Shown piece after piece: positions 10,336 through 20,445 of a DNA stretch of 64,000 nucleotides. The stretch lies in the NCBI GenBank assembly GCA_030586555.1, contig JAURAC010000007.1, positions 1 through 64,000 of the forward strand, in the 5' to 3' direction. The DNA is from Candidatus Subterrananammoxibius californiae (lineage in GTDB: Bacteria; Planctomycetota; Brocadiia; Brocadiales; Subterrananammoxibiaceae). Made by a program: the position numbers and the translations under genes. Numbering within the stretch: the stretch's first letter is position 1; every line of letters begins with the position of its first letter. Under the pieces are notes generated by a model that saw nothing but the letters and a program-made list of their open reading frames with translations, ran no database searches and was not told the origin of the DNA.

Positions 10336-11388
10336 TTATTGGCTATTTCCTATTCCCTTCTCTACTGCCGGTATATTATCTGAAGCGATACTTTCACTCT
10401 TGTTACCCTCAATGACTTGTAATTCTTCAGCCCCCTCTGAAATCCTTTGCTGGAGTTCTGCCTCAGTTACAATATCTATGTCCCACTGGGTTAACTTTGC
10501 AGCCAGTCTAACATTTTGTCCCTTCTTACCAATAGCAAGGGAAAGTTGGTCCTCAGGCACAACAACGGTAGCATGCCGCTCTTCAGTGGATAGTAAGATA
10601 CTGGTGACTTCCGCTGGTTTAAGTGTATTAGGAATTAAAACTTCAGGTGCGGCACTCCACCGTACTATATCTATTTTCTCTCCGCTTAATTCATCAACGA
10701 TGTTCTTTATTCTGGAACCTCTTACTCCCACGCAGGCGCCAACAGAATCAACATTAGGGTCCTTCGAGTCAACAGCTATCTTCGTTCTATAACCGGCTTC
10801 CCTGGAAATAGCCTTAATTTCTATTATATTTTCACCTATTTCTGGCACCTCAAGCTCAAAAAGTTTTCTTACAAAATCCTGGTGATTCCTTGAAAGAATA
10901 ATCTTTACTTTGGAACCAACCTTTTTTGCATCCCAAATAAGGGCTCTTATCCTCTCGCCGGGATGATAGAGTTCATTAGCAATTTGCTCCGACTTTGGCA
11001 TGTAGCCTTCTACCCTACCAAGGTTTATTATCATTACAGAGCCCTCAAAACGTTGCACAGTACCGCTAACGATTGACCCCTTCCTTGCAATAAATTCCTC
11101 ATAAATGGCGTCTCTTTCCGCATCCCTTATCTTTTGTATAATTACTTGTTTTGCGGTCTGTGCGCTTATCCTGCCCAGGTCAGAAGGGTCTATCTTGCGG
11201 TCTTTCTCGTAGGCAATAATTTCCCCTGTAACTCTATCAATCTTAACTGAGATAGGTTCAGCAGAGATAAAATGCTTCCTCGCGGCGGATGATAATGCAG
11301 CCTCTATACCCTGGAAAACCACTTCCTTATCTATATTTTTATCCCTGTGAAGACTATCAACCAGTCTGAGCAACTCTTCTTTGTCCAT
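10336..11388 (-). CDS. nusA: Transcription termination factor NusA
   Basis: GRISAQTAKQVIIQKIR, REAGYRTKIAV, GACVGVRG, LSLAIGKKGQNVRLA; start reassigned to MDKEELL after a GGAG SD. Confidence 0.97.
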   Translation of the reverse strand: MDKEELLRLVDSLHRDKNIDKEVVFQGIEAALSSAARKHFISAEPISVKIDRVTGEIIAYEKDRKIDPSDLGRISAQTAKQVIIQKIRDAERDAIYEEFIARKGSIVSGTVQRFEGSVMIINLGRVEGYMPKSEQIANELYHPGERIRALIWDAKKVGSKVKIILSRNHQDFVRKLFELEVPEIGENIIEIKAISREAGYRTKIAVDSKDPNVDSVGACVGVRGSRIKNIVDELSGEKIDIVRWSAAPEVLIPNTLKPAEVTSILLSTEERHATVVVPEDQLSLAIGKKGQNVRLAAKLTQWDIDIVTEAELQQRISEGAEELQVIEGNKSESIASDNIPAVEKGIGNSQ

Positions 11389-11400
11389 ACGGTAATCTCC

Positions 11401-11471
11401 ACTTTGCGTGCTTTGCGTCATGGCGTGAAATATCTTTTCTCGCAAAGACGCACAGGACGCAAAGCGCAAAG
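11401..11471. repeat. CTTTGCG/CGCAAAG inverted mini-array in the nusA leader
   Basis: ctttgcgtg ctttgcgtc ... cgcaaagacgcacaggacgcaaagcgcaaag. Confidence 0.7.
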
Positions 11472-11478
11472 CTCTATT

Positions 11479-11506
11479 AAAAAAAAGAGTGGGTAATATC
11501 CCACTC
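11479..11506 (-). promoter_or_regulatory. rimP-leader-like terminator hairpin
   Basis: Minus strand GAGTGGG-atatta-CCCACTC-T8, upstream of nusA-infB. Confidence 0.75.
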
Positions 11507-11661
11507 CAAATGAGCAACAACGCTTCTAAGAATCCTGACGACCCCTTTATCCTAAACCGTATATTAATTCATAGTAAAAACTATCCTTAAGCGATAAAGT
11601 AACGTCCGCCTTAGACGGACATCCGCCATACTCATTTGGTATAAGAATTAATTACATATTA

Positions 11662-11689
11662 ATTTTAACAGAAAAAGGAACTTTGTCAA
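11662..11689 (-). promoter_or_regulatory. Sigma70-like promoter for the nusA operon
   Basis: TTGACA-N16-TAAAAT with TG extension. Confidence 0.6.
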
Positions 11690-11700
11690 GTGATTTAACT

Positions 11701-11830
11701 GAGCAATGAGGACTGGGTAACGAGCGATGAGCAATGAGCTATCAGCTAATTTAAGTGTTGACAAACAGAGAAAAATGTGATTTAGTGATTCACAAATTTA
11801 GGCTGAAGGCTAAAGGTGTAAGGCTGAGGG
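11701..11830. repeat. Two heptamer arrays flanking the beta-barrel gene promoter
   Basis: gagcaat gaggact gggtaac gagcgat gagcaat gagctat cagctaa (11701-11749); ggctgaa ggctaaa ggtgtaa ggctgag (11801-11828). Confidence 0.7.
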
Positions 11831-11851
11831 CTTAAGAAAAGGGGAGAAAAC

Positions 11852-12409
11852 ATGAATAAAGTCAAGTGTTGGGTAATGTGGGCGTTAGTTATTTTTATGT
11901 TACCTAAGGTGTGTGTTGCTAATTCGAAAATTGACGAATCAGTCCTCGAAGCAAAAAGTATTGAGTTAGGTGGAGGTGGGGCATTTGGTTACGACGATAG
12001 GCAAAGCATATCCATACTTTCGTTACTTCCAAGAGGTGGTATGTTTTTTGCAAGAAATGCAGCGGCAGAGGTTGAATTGCCACTGATGTATATTCATACA
12101 AAAGAAAGTGATGTGCCAGCCTTGGGGGTTAATATTAATGCACTTTACCATTTGAATACTGGGACGTCTTTTATTCCATTCGCTTTGGTGGGTATGGGTC
12201 CAGTATATGTGGCTGGCAAGATTTCATCAACGTCTTCGCTGCCGTTGCTTTCGCAGGCTGGGATTGGTCTAAAATATTTCTTTTCTGAAAGAGCAGCCTT
12301 TAGACTCGAATACAGGTTCCGTCACTTCTCTGACCCATTTACTTCTGACGCTGGCATTGATTCCGATAGCTTTTTATTTGGTATATCAATTTTCCCCAGC
12401 AAGAAGTGA
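11852..12409 (+). CDS. Outer-membrane beta-barrel, PagL/acyloxyacyl hydrolase-like
   Basis: Signal peptide, alternating beta strands, C-terminal EYRFRHFSD...GID...FG resembling the PagL H-x-S motif. Confidence 0.7.
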   Translation: MNKVKCWVMWALVIFMLPKVCVANSKIDESVLEAKSIELGGGGAFGYDDRQSISILSLLPRGGMFFARNAAAEVELPLMYIHTKESDVPALGVNINALYHLNTGTSFIPFALVGMGPVYVAGKISSTSSLPLLSQAGIGLKYFFSERAAFRLEYRFRHFSDPFTSDAGIDSDSFLFGISIFPSKK

Positions 12410-12468
12410 GAAGGAAGAAGAAAGATGTAAGATGGTTTTCTTCATCTCTACCCTTCTTCACGTTCCTG

Positions 12469-14376
12469 TTAAGACCGTTCTTGTTTTACAGACGTAGCAG
12501 CTACAGTGGTTTCCACAGGTTGCAGAGTTCTTCTCTTTTTATTCTTTATTCCTAATAACTCTACTACCTGCTCACCTTCAAGGAGTTCCTCTTCTTCAAG
12601 TTTTTTGGCAAGAAGTTCGAGTTTATCCTTATTTTCCATTAAAAGCGTACGAGTTTTTTCGTAGCATTCCTTGATTATCCTCGTTACTTCCTCATCAATC
12701 TGTATTGCAGTTCTTTCGCTGTATTCCTTTTCCTGTACGAGGTCGTGACCGAGGAAGATATTGCCTTTTTGTCTGCCAAATGTTTGTGGTCCAAGTACCT
12801 CGCTCATGCCGAATCTGCATACGTAATCACGAGCAAGATGGGTTACCCTGTCTAAATCATTCTGTGCACCGGTAGATACCTCATTAAACATAAGTTCTTC
12901 TGCAGAACGTCCACCCAGTAATACACATATCGTATCAAGTATCTCCGATTCGGTAGTAAGATACTTATCTTCTGTAGGAAGCTGTAATGTATAGCCAAGC
13001 GCCGCAGCGCCTCTGGGAATGATAGAGACCTTGTGTACGGGGTCGGTATGGGGGAGTAAAGCAGCAATTAATGTGTGACCAGATTCGTGATAAGCAATCG
13101 TCCGTTTTTCTTCTTCACTCATTACGCGGCTTTTTCGTTCGGGACCAGCGATAACCCTGTCAATAGCGGCTTCAAGTTCTTTTGTTTCAACATTCTCTTT
13201 ATCGAACCTTGCAGCTAAAAGGGCAGCTTCATTTACAACATTAGCTAAATCTGCGCCAGAAAATCCAGGGGTTCTCTTGGCAATTGTCTTTAAATCAACT
13301 TCAGGAGCAAGCTTAACATCTTTACTGTGTACCTGAAGGATAGCTTCCCTGCCAAGCAAGTCTGGCCTATCTACGGTAATTTGTCTATCAAATCTGCCAG
13401 GGCGAAGCAGTGCAGCATCCAGTACATCTGGTCTGTTTGTTGCTGCTACAATAATTACACCTTTTTGAGGAGAAAAGCCATCCATTTCTGCAAGTAATTG
13501 ATTCAGGGTTTGTTCCCGTTCGTCGTGCCCGCCACCGAGGCCTGTGCCTCGTTGTCTGCCTACGCTATCAATTTCATCAATAAAAATGATACACGGAGCC
13601 TTTTCCTTTGCTTGTTCGAACATGTCTCGAACACGTGCTGCCCCCATGCCAACAAACATTTCCACAAAGTCTGAACCGCTAATAGAAAAGAAAGGCACAC
13701 CGGCTTCTCCTGCCACTGCTTTTGCAAGGAGGGTTTTGCCTGTTCCTGGAGGACCTATAAGAAGAACCCCTTTGGGAATTTTTCCACCGAGTTTTTGGAA
13801 CTTTGCAGGGTGAGATAAAAAATCTATTACTTCTTTGAGCTCTTCCTTCGCCTCATCACAACCTGCCACGTCTGCAAATGTGGTCTTTTGCGCATCGCTT
13901 TCGGCATAAAGTTTAATTTTAGCCTTTCCGAATGACATAAATGGCGTTCCAATGCCACCTACTTTTCTGAAGAGGAAAAACCAGAAGAACGCCATTAAAG
14001 CGAAGGGGAAGACCCACCACATAAGTATATTTTTCCAGAAGTTGTTTTCAATCTCCCCTCTAAAATTAACCCCTTGTTCCTGCAGTTCGTCAACAAGCTT
14101 TGGGTCATCAACAGGGACTGTCCGGAATTGAGCATCTTCACTGCCGCCATCCTCAAAGAGTAACTTTTTATATGTTCCACGGATAAGGTTCTGGCTAACA
14201 ATACATTCCGTTATTCTTCCTTGTTTCAAGTATTCTTTAAACTGGCTATATCTTAGTTGCTCTCCGGTTGGTGTAATAAATTTGGGTATAACATAATACA
14301 TTACTATTAAAACCAAGATAAGATAACCGATGGAAAAGCCTGTCCTTTTTGTTCTATTTTTTTTGTCTTTCTTCAT
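12469..14376 (-). CDS. ftsH: ATP-dependent zinc metalloprotease FtsH
   Basis: Two TM segments, [38 protein letters not shown]. Confidence 0.98.
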   Translation of the reverse strand: MKKDKKNRTKRTGFSIGYLILVLIVMYYVIPKFITPTGEQLRYSQFKEYLKQGRITECIVSQNLIRGTYKKLLFEDGGSEDAQFRTVPVDDPKLVDELQEQGVNFRGEIENNFWKNILMWWVFPFALMAFFWFFLFRKVGGIGTPFMSFGKAKIKLYAESDAQKTTFADVAGCDEAKEELKEVIDFLSHPAKFQKLGGKIPKGVLLIGPPGTGKTLLAKAVAGEAGVPFFSISGSDFVEMFVGMGAARVRDMFEQAKEKAPCIIFIDEIDSVGRQRGTGLGGGHDEREQTLNQLLAEMDGFSPQKGVIIVAATNRPDVLDAALLRPGRFDRQITVDRPDLLGREAILQVHSKDVKLAPEVDLKTIAKRTPGFSGADLANVVNEAALLAARFDKENVETKELEAAIDRVIAGPERKSRVMSEEEKRTIAYHESGHTLIAALLPHTDPVHKVSIIPRGAAALGYTLQLPTEDKYLTTESEILDTICVLLGGRSAEELMFNEVSTGAQNDLDRVTHLARDYVCRFGMSEVLGPQTFGRQKGNIFLGHDLVQEKEYSERTAIQIDEEVTRIIKECYEKTRTLLMENKDKLELLAKKLEEEELLEGEQVVELLGIKNKKRRTLQPVETTVAATSVKQERS

Positions 14377-14520
14377 ATTTTAAAAAAGTAAATAAATAAT
14401 GTTGGTTAAAAGCAGGCGCCTAAAAGGCAGCCGAGAACGTGCTTTTAACGCTTGAATATTTCTGGTTATAAATATATAAGTATTATATGAAAACTTTCGT
14501 TTGTTGTCAAAACAAAATCT

Positions 14521-14599
14521 AAGAGGAGGCTAAGATGTGAAGAGGCTAAAAGGTGAAGAGGCAAAGAGGTGGAGAAGCGCCTTTTGACCTTTTAACCTC
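14521..14599. repeat. Octamer (AAGAGGNN) array with inverted partner at the rnc 3' end
   Basis: aagatgtg aagaggct aaaaggtg aagaggca aagaggtg ... ccttttga ccttttaa cctc. Confidence 0.7.
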
Positions 14600-15293
14600 A
14601 ACAAAGTATGATATGTGGTGCAAGGGATTTAAGTGTTTCCTGTGCAGCCAATTGTTCTGCAGCTTTCTTACTTTTGCCACGTCCAGAACAATACTCAACG
14701 CCATTAATCACCACAACCACATCAAAGACCTTTACGTGGTCTGGACCGTGCTGCTTAAGTACCTTATAAGTGGGCGTGTAACCCAATTCTCTCTGACTAT
14801 ATTGTTGTAATAAAGACTTATAATTCTTTTCGTGCTGGTTATTGCAAACAATTTTAATTTCCTCGCCTAAATTTGCCATGATAAAGTTATATGCCGCATC
14901 ATGGCCCCCATCGAGGTAGATTGCAGCAATAAGAGCTTCAAACACATTAGCAACAAGAGACCTTGGAAATGTGTTGCGGTCGTTCAGTCCTTTTCCTACA
15001 GATATATATTGTTTTAAATCCAATCTATTACCAGCCTTTGCAAGTGTAGCTTGACTTACAACCACGGACTTGATTTTTGTAAGCTCTCCTTCGGAATAAT
15101 CAGCAAAAGTTTTAAACAAGTATTCGGAAATTATCATGCCGAGTATTGCATCGCCTAAGAACTCCAGTCGTTCGTTACTCCAGTTATAGTCTGATTTGCA
15201 AGAAGTGTGAGTAAGTGACCTTTTTAACAACTCTGTTTCTTTGAAATAATAACTGAGTTTTTTCTGGCAGTTTATTAATTTTTCTATTGTCAT
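14598..15293 (-). CDS. rnc: Ribonuclease III
   Basis: NERLEFLGDAIL, FEALIAAIYLD, and a dsRBD (YKSLLQ, GPDH, GKSKKAAEQ). Confidence 0.97.
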   Translation of the reverse strand: MTIEKLINCQKKLSYYFKETELLKRSLTHTSCKSDYNWSNERLEFLGDAILGMIISEYLFKTFADYSEGELTKIKSVVVSQATLAKAGNRLDLKQYISVGKGLNDRNTFPRSLVANVFEALIAAIYLDGGHDAAYNFIMANLGEEIKIVCNNQHEKNYKSLLQQYSQRELGYTPTYKVLKQHGPDHVKVFDVVVVINGVEYCSGRGKSKKAAEQLAAQETLKSLAPHIILC

Positions 15294-15835
15294 ACTATTT
15301 GCTCACTTGGTATTTCTGTTTTCTGAAACTTCTTTTCTTTAAATAACATTGACTCTTCTATTGCCGTGTATTGTGTTGCAGCTTGAATAAGTTCCGCGGC
15401 TGTGCTTCGACGAAAAGACACCACTTCAACACGGCAACCATGAGCCTTAAGCATCTCAACCAGCGGGACAAAATCCCCATCCCCCGAAACCAACACCACG
15501 GTATCAAGCTTAGGGGCAATTGCAATTGTGTCTATTGCTATTCCCATATCCCAGTCACCCTTTGCAGTGCCATCAGGTCTTAGCCTCAACTCCTTGGATT
15601 TAATCTCGTAGCCTAACCGCTTTAGGGCATCTGTGAAGCTTGACTGGTCAACATCTGGCTTTTGCACCACGTAGGCAATCGCCCTAACCAAATCACGGTC
15701 GCCTACTATCTCTAACAAAAGTTTACTGTAATCTATCTTTGATTGGTGGAGCGCCTTTGCAGAGTAAAACATATTTTGAACATCCACAAATATACCCACC
15801 CTTTGATGTGAACCTCGTATGCGGCTACTTACCAT
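15290..15835 (-). CDS. NYN domain (LabA/DUF88) protein
   Basis: FVDVQNM, KGDWDMGIAID, LVSGDGDFVPL. Confidence 0.93.
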   Translation of the reverse strand: MVSSRIRGSHQRVGIFVDVQNMFYSAKALHQSKIDYSKLLLEIVGDRDLVRAIAYVVQKPDVDQSSFTDALKRLGYEIKSKELRLRPDGTAKGDWDMGIAIDTIAIAPKLDTVVLVSGDGDFVPLVEMLKAHGCRVEVVSFRRSTAAELIQAATQYTAIEESMLFKEKKFQKTEIPSEQIV

Positions 15836-15960
15836 GTATATTTAACCTTTCTGCCCCATCGCATGTAGATTTAAACGGACTTACCTTTTTGAAAAAAGGC
15901 AAGCTAAAAACTTTGCCCTGAGCAATGAAATGAACTTCTTCGTTTAGCTCAGAATCGCGA

Positions 15961-15995
15961 GGTAAAAAGCAAGTTCCCTGAACTTGCTTTTTACC
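15961..15995. other. Perfect 16-bp hairpin in the NYN-rnc leader
   Basis: ggtaaaaagcaagttc-cct-gaacttgctttttacc. Confidence 0.85.
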
Positions 15996-16126
15996 CTTGC
16001 AGGCACAAGCTGTTTTTGGCACGGAATGACTGTAAGCAAAGGGCTTGGAATGATGCTTAGTGTCTGTTTTTTGCATACCTTATTTCAAAAAAAGTAAGAG
16101 AAACTCTCAATCGACCTCCATAGAAC

Positions 16127-16193
16127 ATTTTATCAATCTTTTTCTAACAGTCAAATTAATTTTATTGACACTATATGTAAATTTTGATACAAT
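16127..16193. promoter_or_regulatory. Divergent sigma70-like promoters (NYN-rnc and pheA)
   Basis: Minus: TTGACT-N16-TAAAAT (16154-16127); plus: TTGACA-N17-TACAAT (16165-16193). Confidence 0.65.
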
Positions 16194-16361
16194 TGAGCAT
16201 TAGAAAAATTATCTCAAGTAACTTGTCTTTAAGGACTTAGCACAATTTTAAATGCTGTTTTTTAACTGCGAACTTTCTTTAAGTTTCATTATAATAAATA
16301 TTTATATGAGAAACGATTCCTTCTTGTATGCGAATTCACCATTGATTAGAGAATAAGTGAC

Positions 16362-17423
16362 ATGAGCCTCGAAGGACTGCGTAGTGAAATTGATTCCCTG
16401 GATTCTAAGATTGTTAAGCTGCTTAATGAAAGGGCAAAGGTTGTTCAAAAAATTGGTGAAATAAAAAAGCAGCTGAGCGCACAGGTCTATGCTCCAAACA
16501 GGGAAAAGGAGGTCTATGAAAAGATTGTATCACAAAATAACGGCCCTCTGAGCAATGAATGTCTCGTAACTATTTACAGGGAATTAATAGCTGGTTCGCG
16601 TGCGCTCGAAAAGGCTTTAAAGGTCTCTTATCTTGGACCTGAAGGTACTTTCAGTTTTCTCGCGGCAAAACAAAGGTTTGGTTCTTCCGTTGAGTATCTT
16701 CCTTCTAAAAGCATTGATGCGGTGTTCAGGGATGTAATAAGCGGCAGGGCTGACTATGGGATTGTCCCCGTTGAAAACTCTACGGAAGGGGGAATCAGGG
16801 AAACCTTGAACATGTTCATGGAGTGCGACGTAAAGGTTTGTGCTGAGATAGTGCTTCCCATCCACCACAACTTAATGGCGAATTGTCCTGCCAATCAAAT
16901 AAAAAAGATTTATTCTAAGCTTCAAGTTTTTGCGCAGTGCAAGCAGTGGTTGACTAATAACTTTACAAATGCAGAACTTTTAAATGTTGGGAGTACAACA
17001 GAGGCTGCGCAGATTGCAAAACAGGAGAGTAATGCGTCTGCAATTGCCCATGCTGAGGTTGCGCAACTGTACGGAATTAAAATACTTTATAAAAACATAG
17101 AAGATAATCCCAATAATATAACTCGATTCTTTGTCCTTAGTAATAAGTCTTGTAGTCCCAGCGGTCGTGATAAAACAGCTATCATGTGTTACATCAGAAA
17201 CGAACCTGGCGCACTATATGAAATCCTTACACCTTTTAAAGAACATGGTATTAACTTGACCAACATAGAACCTCTACCCACAAAGAGAAGAGCGTGGGAT
17301 TATTGTTTTTATCTCGATTTCGAGGGACATACAGATGAAAATAATGTGAGTAAAGCATTAGAGGATGTTAGCCATAAGTGTTTAGAGTTAAGGGTTCTTG
17401 GTTCATATCCAAAAAGCGATTAG
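16362..17423 (+). CDS. pheA: Chorismate mutase/prephenate dehydratase (P-protein)
   Basis: AroQ N-terminus (LRSEID.LD), YLGPEGTFS, PVENSTEG, N.TRF, C-terminal ACT domain. Confidence 0.96.
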   Translation: MSLEGLRSEIDSLDSKIVKLLNERAKVVQKIGEIKKQLSAQVYAPNREKEVYEKIVSQNNGPLSNECLVTIYRELIAGSRALEKALKVSYLGPEGTFSFLAAKQRFGSSVEYLPSKSIDAVFRDVISGRADYGIVPVENSTEGGIRETLNMFMECDVKVCAEIVLPIHHNLMANCPANQIKKIYSKLQVFAQCKQWLTNNFTNAELLNVGSTTEAAQIAKQESNASAIAHAEVAQLYGIKILYKNIEDNPNNITRFFVLSNKSCSPSGRDKTAIMCYIRNEPGALYEILTPFKEHGINLTNIEPLPTKRRAWDYCFYLDFEGHTDENNVSKALEDVSHKCLELRVLGSYPKSD

Positions 17424-17491
17424 CTCAATAGACCGGGATGCTGAACGGGTGGTACGGACAAGCTTGTTTATCCGTGTAAAGTAAAATTATC

Positions 17492-18256
17492 ATGGCGAAC
17501 AAACCGTTTATCGTAGGCAACTGGAAGATGAATCTTACGCTTGAGGGGGGCAAGAACCTTGTAAGGACACTTAAAAACAAACTGACTAACGTAACTGATG
17601 TGGACGTGGGTGTATGCCCACCTTTTGTATTCTTGAAGGACTTATGCGAGATACTCCGAGGAAGCCCTATCATTGTAGGCGCTCAAAACATGCACTGGGA
17701 AAAAAACGGCGCTTATACCGGAGAGGTGTCTGGTTTAATGATTAAGGAGGTAGGCTGTACACATGTAATTATTGGACATTCTGAAAGAAGAACTATTTTT
17801 GGCGAAACAAACACAATCATTAATTCAAAGTTAAAAGCTGTATTTGATATTGGGCTAAAACCCATATTTTGTATTGGTGAACGATTGAAAGAAAGGGAAT
17901 CGAGAAAAACAAATAAAGTAGTTGAGACGCAACTTAGAGAAGGTCTAACCAATCTGAGCAGTGCGCAGATTGGTCAACTAACGATCGCTTATGAACCTGT
18001 ATGGGCAATAGGCACTGGCATAACAGCTACACCGGCGCAGGCAGGTGAAGTGCATTCTTTCATCCGTAACTTTCTGATTAAAGAGTACGGTAACAACATT
18101 GCCTGCAAAATACGAATTCAATACGGCGGCAGTGTTAAACCCGATAATGTGCGCGAGCTTCTTATACAGCCAGAGGTAGATGGCGCTCTGGTAGGAGGAG
18201 CCAGCCTTGATGCAGGGACATTTATCAGCATAGTCCTCACTGCTACGAAACAGTAG
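17492..18256 (+). CDS. tpiA: Triosephosphate isomerase
   Basis: GNWKMN, GHSERR, AYEPVWAIGTG, YGGSVK. Confidence 0.98.
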   Translation: MANKPFIVGNWKMNLTLEGGKNLVRTLKNKLTNVTDVDVGVCPPFVFLKDLCEILRGSPIIVGAQNMHWEKNGAYTGEVSGLMIKEVGCTHVIIGHSERRTIFGETNTIINSKLKAVFDIGLKPIFCIGERLKERESRKTNKVVETQLREGLTNLSSAQIGQLTIAYEPVWAIGTGITATPAQAGEVHSFIRNFLIKEYGNNIACKIRIQYGGSVKPDNVRELLIQPEVDGALVGGASLDAGTFISIVLTATKQ

Positions 18257-18307
18257 ATAATCGGTGATGGGTGATAGGTGGTGGAAATTACAGGAGGTAT
18301 TTTTTAA

Positions 18308-18859
18308 ATGAAACTTAATGCAGAAAAGCTACTTAAATGGGGTATAGCAATTGTAACAATATTTGGCATAATTGGTGCACTTTTCAGACTTGAATTAGTG
18401 ACGCCATTATTTATCGTACTCATTCTAACATGTTGTGTATTGGTACTATTAATATTGCTCCAGGCAGGAAAGGGTGGAGGTCTTGCCGCTTTAGGTGGTC
18501 TGACTGACCAGACAGCTTTCGGGACAAAGACAGGCACTTTTTTGAGTAAGGTTACATATTTAGTAGGGGCCGCTTTTATCGTAACTACTATATGTCTTAC
18601 CAAAATAACTACAACAAGGCATGTCATTACGATACCACCTGCGCATGAGGTGCCAGCACCTGCTCATGGTTTTATTCCTGCAGGGGAAGAAGTACCTGTC
18701 AGTCCACCTGAGACCGAAGGTCCCGCAGGCATGAAAACTGTGCAAGAATCTGGCGAATCAGCCACGTCTGACGGTAAAGGGGCAGAGGTTCCAAAATCAA
18801 CCCAAAAGAGCGAGCAGCAAAATATACCTGAAGAGAAGGGAGAAGGGAATAAGAAATAG
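18308..18859 (+). CDS. secG: Preprotein translocase SecG with N- and C-terminal extensions
   Basis: ILLQAGKGGGLAALGG..AFG..GTFLSKVT; follows tpiA. Confidence 0.88.
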   Translation: MKLNAEKLLKWGIAIVTIFGIIGALFRLELVTPLFIVLILTCCVLVLLILLQAGKGGGLAALGGLTDQTAFGTKTGTFLSKVTYLVGAAFIVTTICLTKITTTRHVITIPPAHEVPAPAHGFIPAGEEVPVSPPETEGPAGMKTVQESGESATSDGKGAEVPKSTQKSEQQNIPEEKGEGNKK

Positions 18860-18891
18860 GAAATATTGGCTATTCCCTATTGGCTATTGAA

Positions 18892-19776
18892 ATGATTAGA
18901 AGTATGACAGGTTTCGGCGATGCCGAAATAATGGATGAAATAAAAACAATTCAAATTGAGATTCGTACGGTAAATAATCGCTTCTTGAAAATAGACAGTA
19001 GGGTCCCTCAGCCCCTTGAAATTTATGAAGGCCAGATAGAGGGACTGATAAAGCACAAAATATCTCGTGGGAGCGTATTTATAGCAGTCAACTATAAGCC
19101 CATTCGTCAAGAATATGATTACCATCTTAATATAGATGCCCTTAAGAGACATTATCATTTTTTACAAGAAGCTCGAAGCGAACTGGGCATTAAGGAAGAT
19201 ATTTCAATTTCATCCTTGATTCAGCTACCAGGGGTTTACCAGCAGATGCAAGGGGAGAATGGGCATGTAGAAGGTTTATGGCCTCAGTTGGAGAAGATGG
19301 TAGAAGCCGCCATTGAAAAGGTTGTGCAGATGAGGACCGAGGAGGGCAAAAATCTATGGAAAGAAATCGAAACAAGAAGAAATGAGATTGCGCTCTTACT
19401 AAAGAAGGTAGAGGACAGAGCTCCACATATCGTTACTGGATACAAACAGCGTTTGCATGATAGGATTTCTAATCTACTTGCAGGCACAGGCGCAAATGTT
19501 ACAGAGACCGATTTATGCAGGGAAATAGCTATGTTTGCAGAACGTTCCGATATTACAGAAGAAATTGCCCGACTGAAGAGCCACCTGTCACAGCTTGATG
19601 ACACAATGATGGAGGAGCAACCTGCAGGGAAAAAACTTGAGTTTATTGTGCAGGAGATGTTCCGGGAGGCCAACACTATGGCTTCTAAGGCAAACGATAG
19701 TGAACTGGTGTGGGATATTATCAGAATTAAGACAGAAATAGAAAAGATAAAAGAACAGGCGCTTAACATAGAATGA
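18892..19776 (+). CDS. yicC: YicC/YloC family endoribonuclease
   Basis: MIRSMTGFG, SDITEEIARL.SH, GKKLEFIVQEM.REANT.ASK, KEQALNIE. Confidence 0.95.
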   Translation: MIRSMTGFGDAEIMDEIKTIQIEIRTVNNRFLKIDSRVPQPLEIYEGQIEGLIKHKISRGSVFIAVNYKPIRQEYDYHLNIDALKRHYHFLQEARSELGIKEDISISSLIQLPGVYQQMQGENGHVEGLWPQLEKMVEAAIEKVVQMRTEEGKNLWKEIETRRNEIALLLKKVEDRAPHIVTGYKQRLHDRISNLLAGTGANVTETDLCREIAMFAERSDITEEIARLKSHLSQLDDTMMEEQPAGKKLEFIVQEMFREANTMASKANDSELVWDIIRIKTEIEKIKEQALNIE

Positions 19777-19779
19777 TAA

Positions 19780-19847
19780 GAGTCTACGAGTCTTGAGTCA
19801 GGAGTCGGAAGTCAAGACCCGGGACTCAAGACTCAGGACTCAAGGCT
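19780..19847. repeat. Inverted GAGTCNN/GACTCNN heptamer arrays (hairpin) between yicC and gmk
   Basis: gagtctt gagtcag gagtcgg aagtcaa / gacccgg gactcaa gactcag gactcaa. Confidence 0.8.
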
Positions 19848-19848
19848 A

Positions 19849-20397
19849 ATGAAAGGTAAATTAGTAATAATTTCAGGTCCCTCTGGCTGCGGGAAAACCA
19901 CAGTATGCAGCCATTTAACTCAGGAGCCAAATATAAAGAAATCTATTTCTTTCACCACCAGAGCACCGCGAGCTTATGAGAAAGATGGGGTGCACTATCA
20001 CTTTATTTCAAGGGACGCGTTCTATAAAAGAATTGACGAGGGAAGGTTTGCAGAATATGCTGAATATTGTGGGAACCTTTACGGCACATCTCTTGACCAT
20101 CTAACAAAGGCATTGGAAAATGGTCTGATTTACCTTCTGGAAATTGACGTTCATGGCGCTTCGCAGATACGCAAAAAATTCCCAGAGGTAATTACCATTT
20201 TTCTTATACCTCCAGATGAAGAGACATTAGAAGAACGGCTCGTCAAGAGAAATACAAATAATAAAGCCGAAGTAGATGAAAGACTTGAAATTGCAAAGGA
20301 TGAGTACAAATATCGGGACAACTATAAGCATTGTATTGTTAACGATAAACTTGATGACACAATAAAAAAGATCCGTAAGGTCTTAGAATTAGGGTAA
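19849..20397 (+). CDS. gmk: Guanylate kinase
   Basis: SGPSGCGKT, TTRAPRAYEKDGVHYHF, YGT, LEIDV.GA. Confidence 0.97.
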   Translation: MKGKLVIISGPSGCGKTTVCSHLTQEPNIKKSISFTTRAPRAYEKDGVHYHFISRDAFYKRIDEGRFAEYAEYCGNLYGTSLDHLTKALENGLIYLLEIDVHGASQIRKKFPEVITIFLIPPDEETLEERLVKRNTNNKAEVDERLEIAKDEYKYRDNYKHCIVNDKLDDTIKKIRKVLELG

Positions 20398-20421
20398 GGG
20401 GGTATTGCAATACGCCCCTAC
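20394..20421. repeat. GTAG-type REP-like palindrome
   Basis: GTA-start 28-nt palindrome ending tattgcaatacgcccctac; near copy at 29741-29768. Confidence 0.75.
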
Positions 20422-20445
20422 TCTGGGCCTCACGCGCCTATCACA

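Noticed and set aside
11389..11520. N-terminal extension of NusA in the ORF track
   Set aside because: It is read-through of the leader hairpin and repeat; the SD supports the start at 11388
15825..16076. 83-aa ORF upstream of the NYN gene
   Set aside because: No recognisable motif and it runs through strong hairpins; a translated leader cannot be excluded (weak AAGGT SD) but is unsupported
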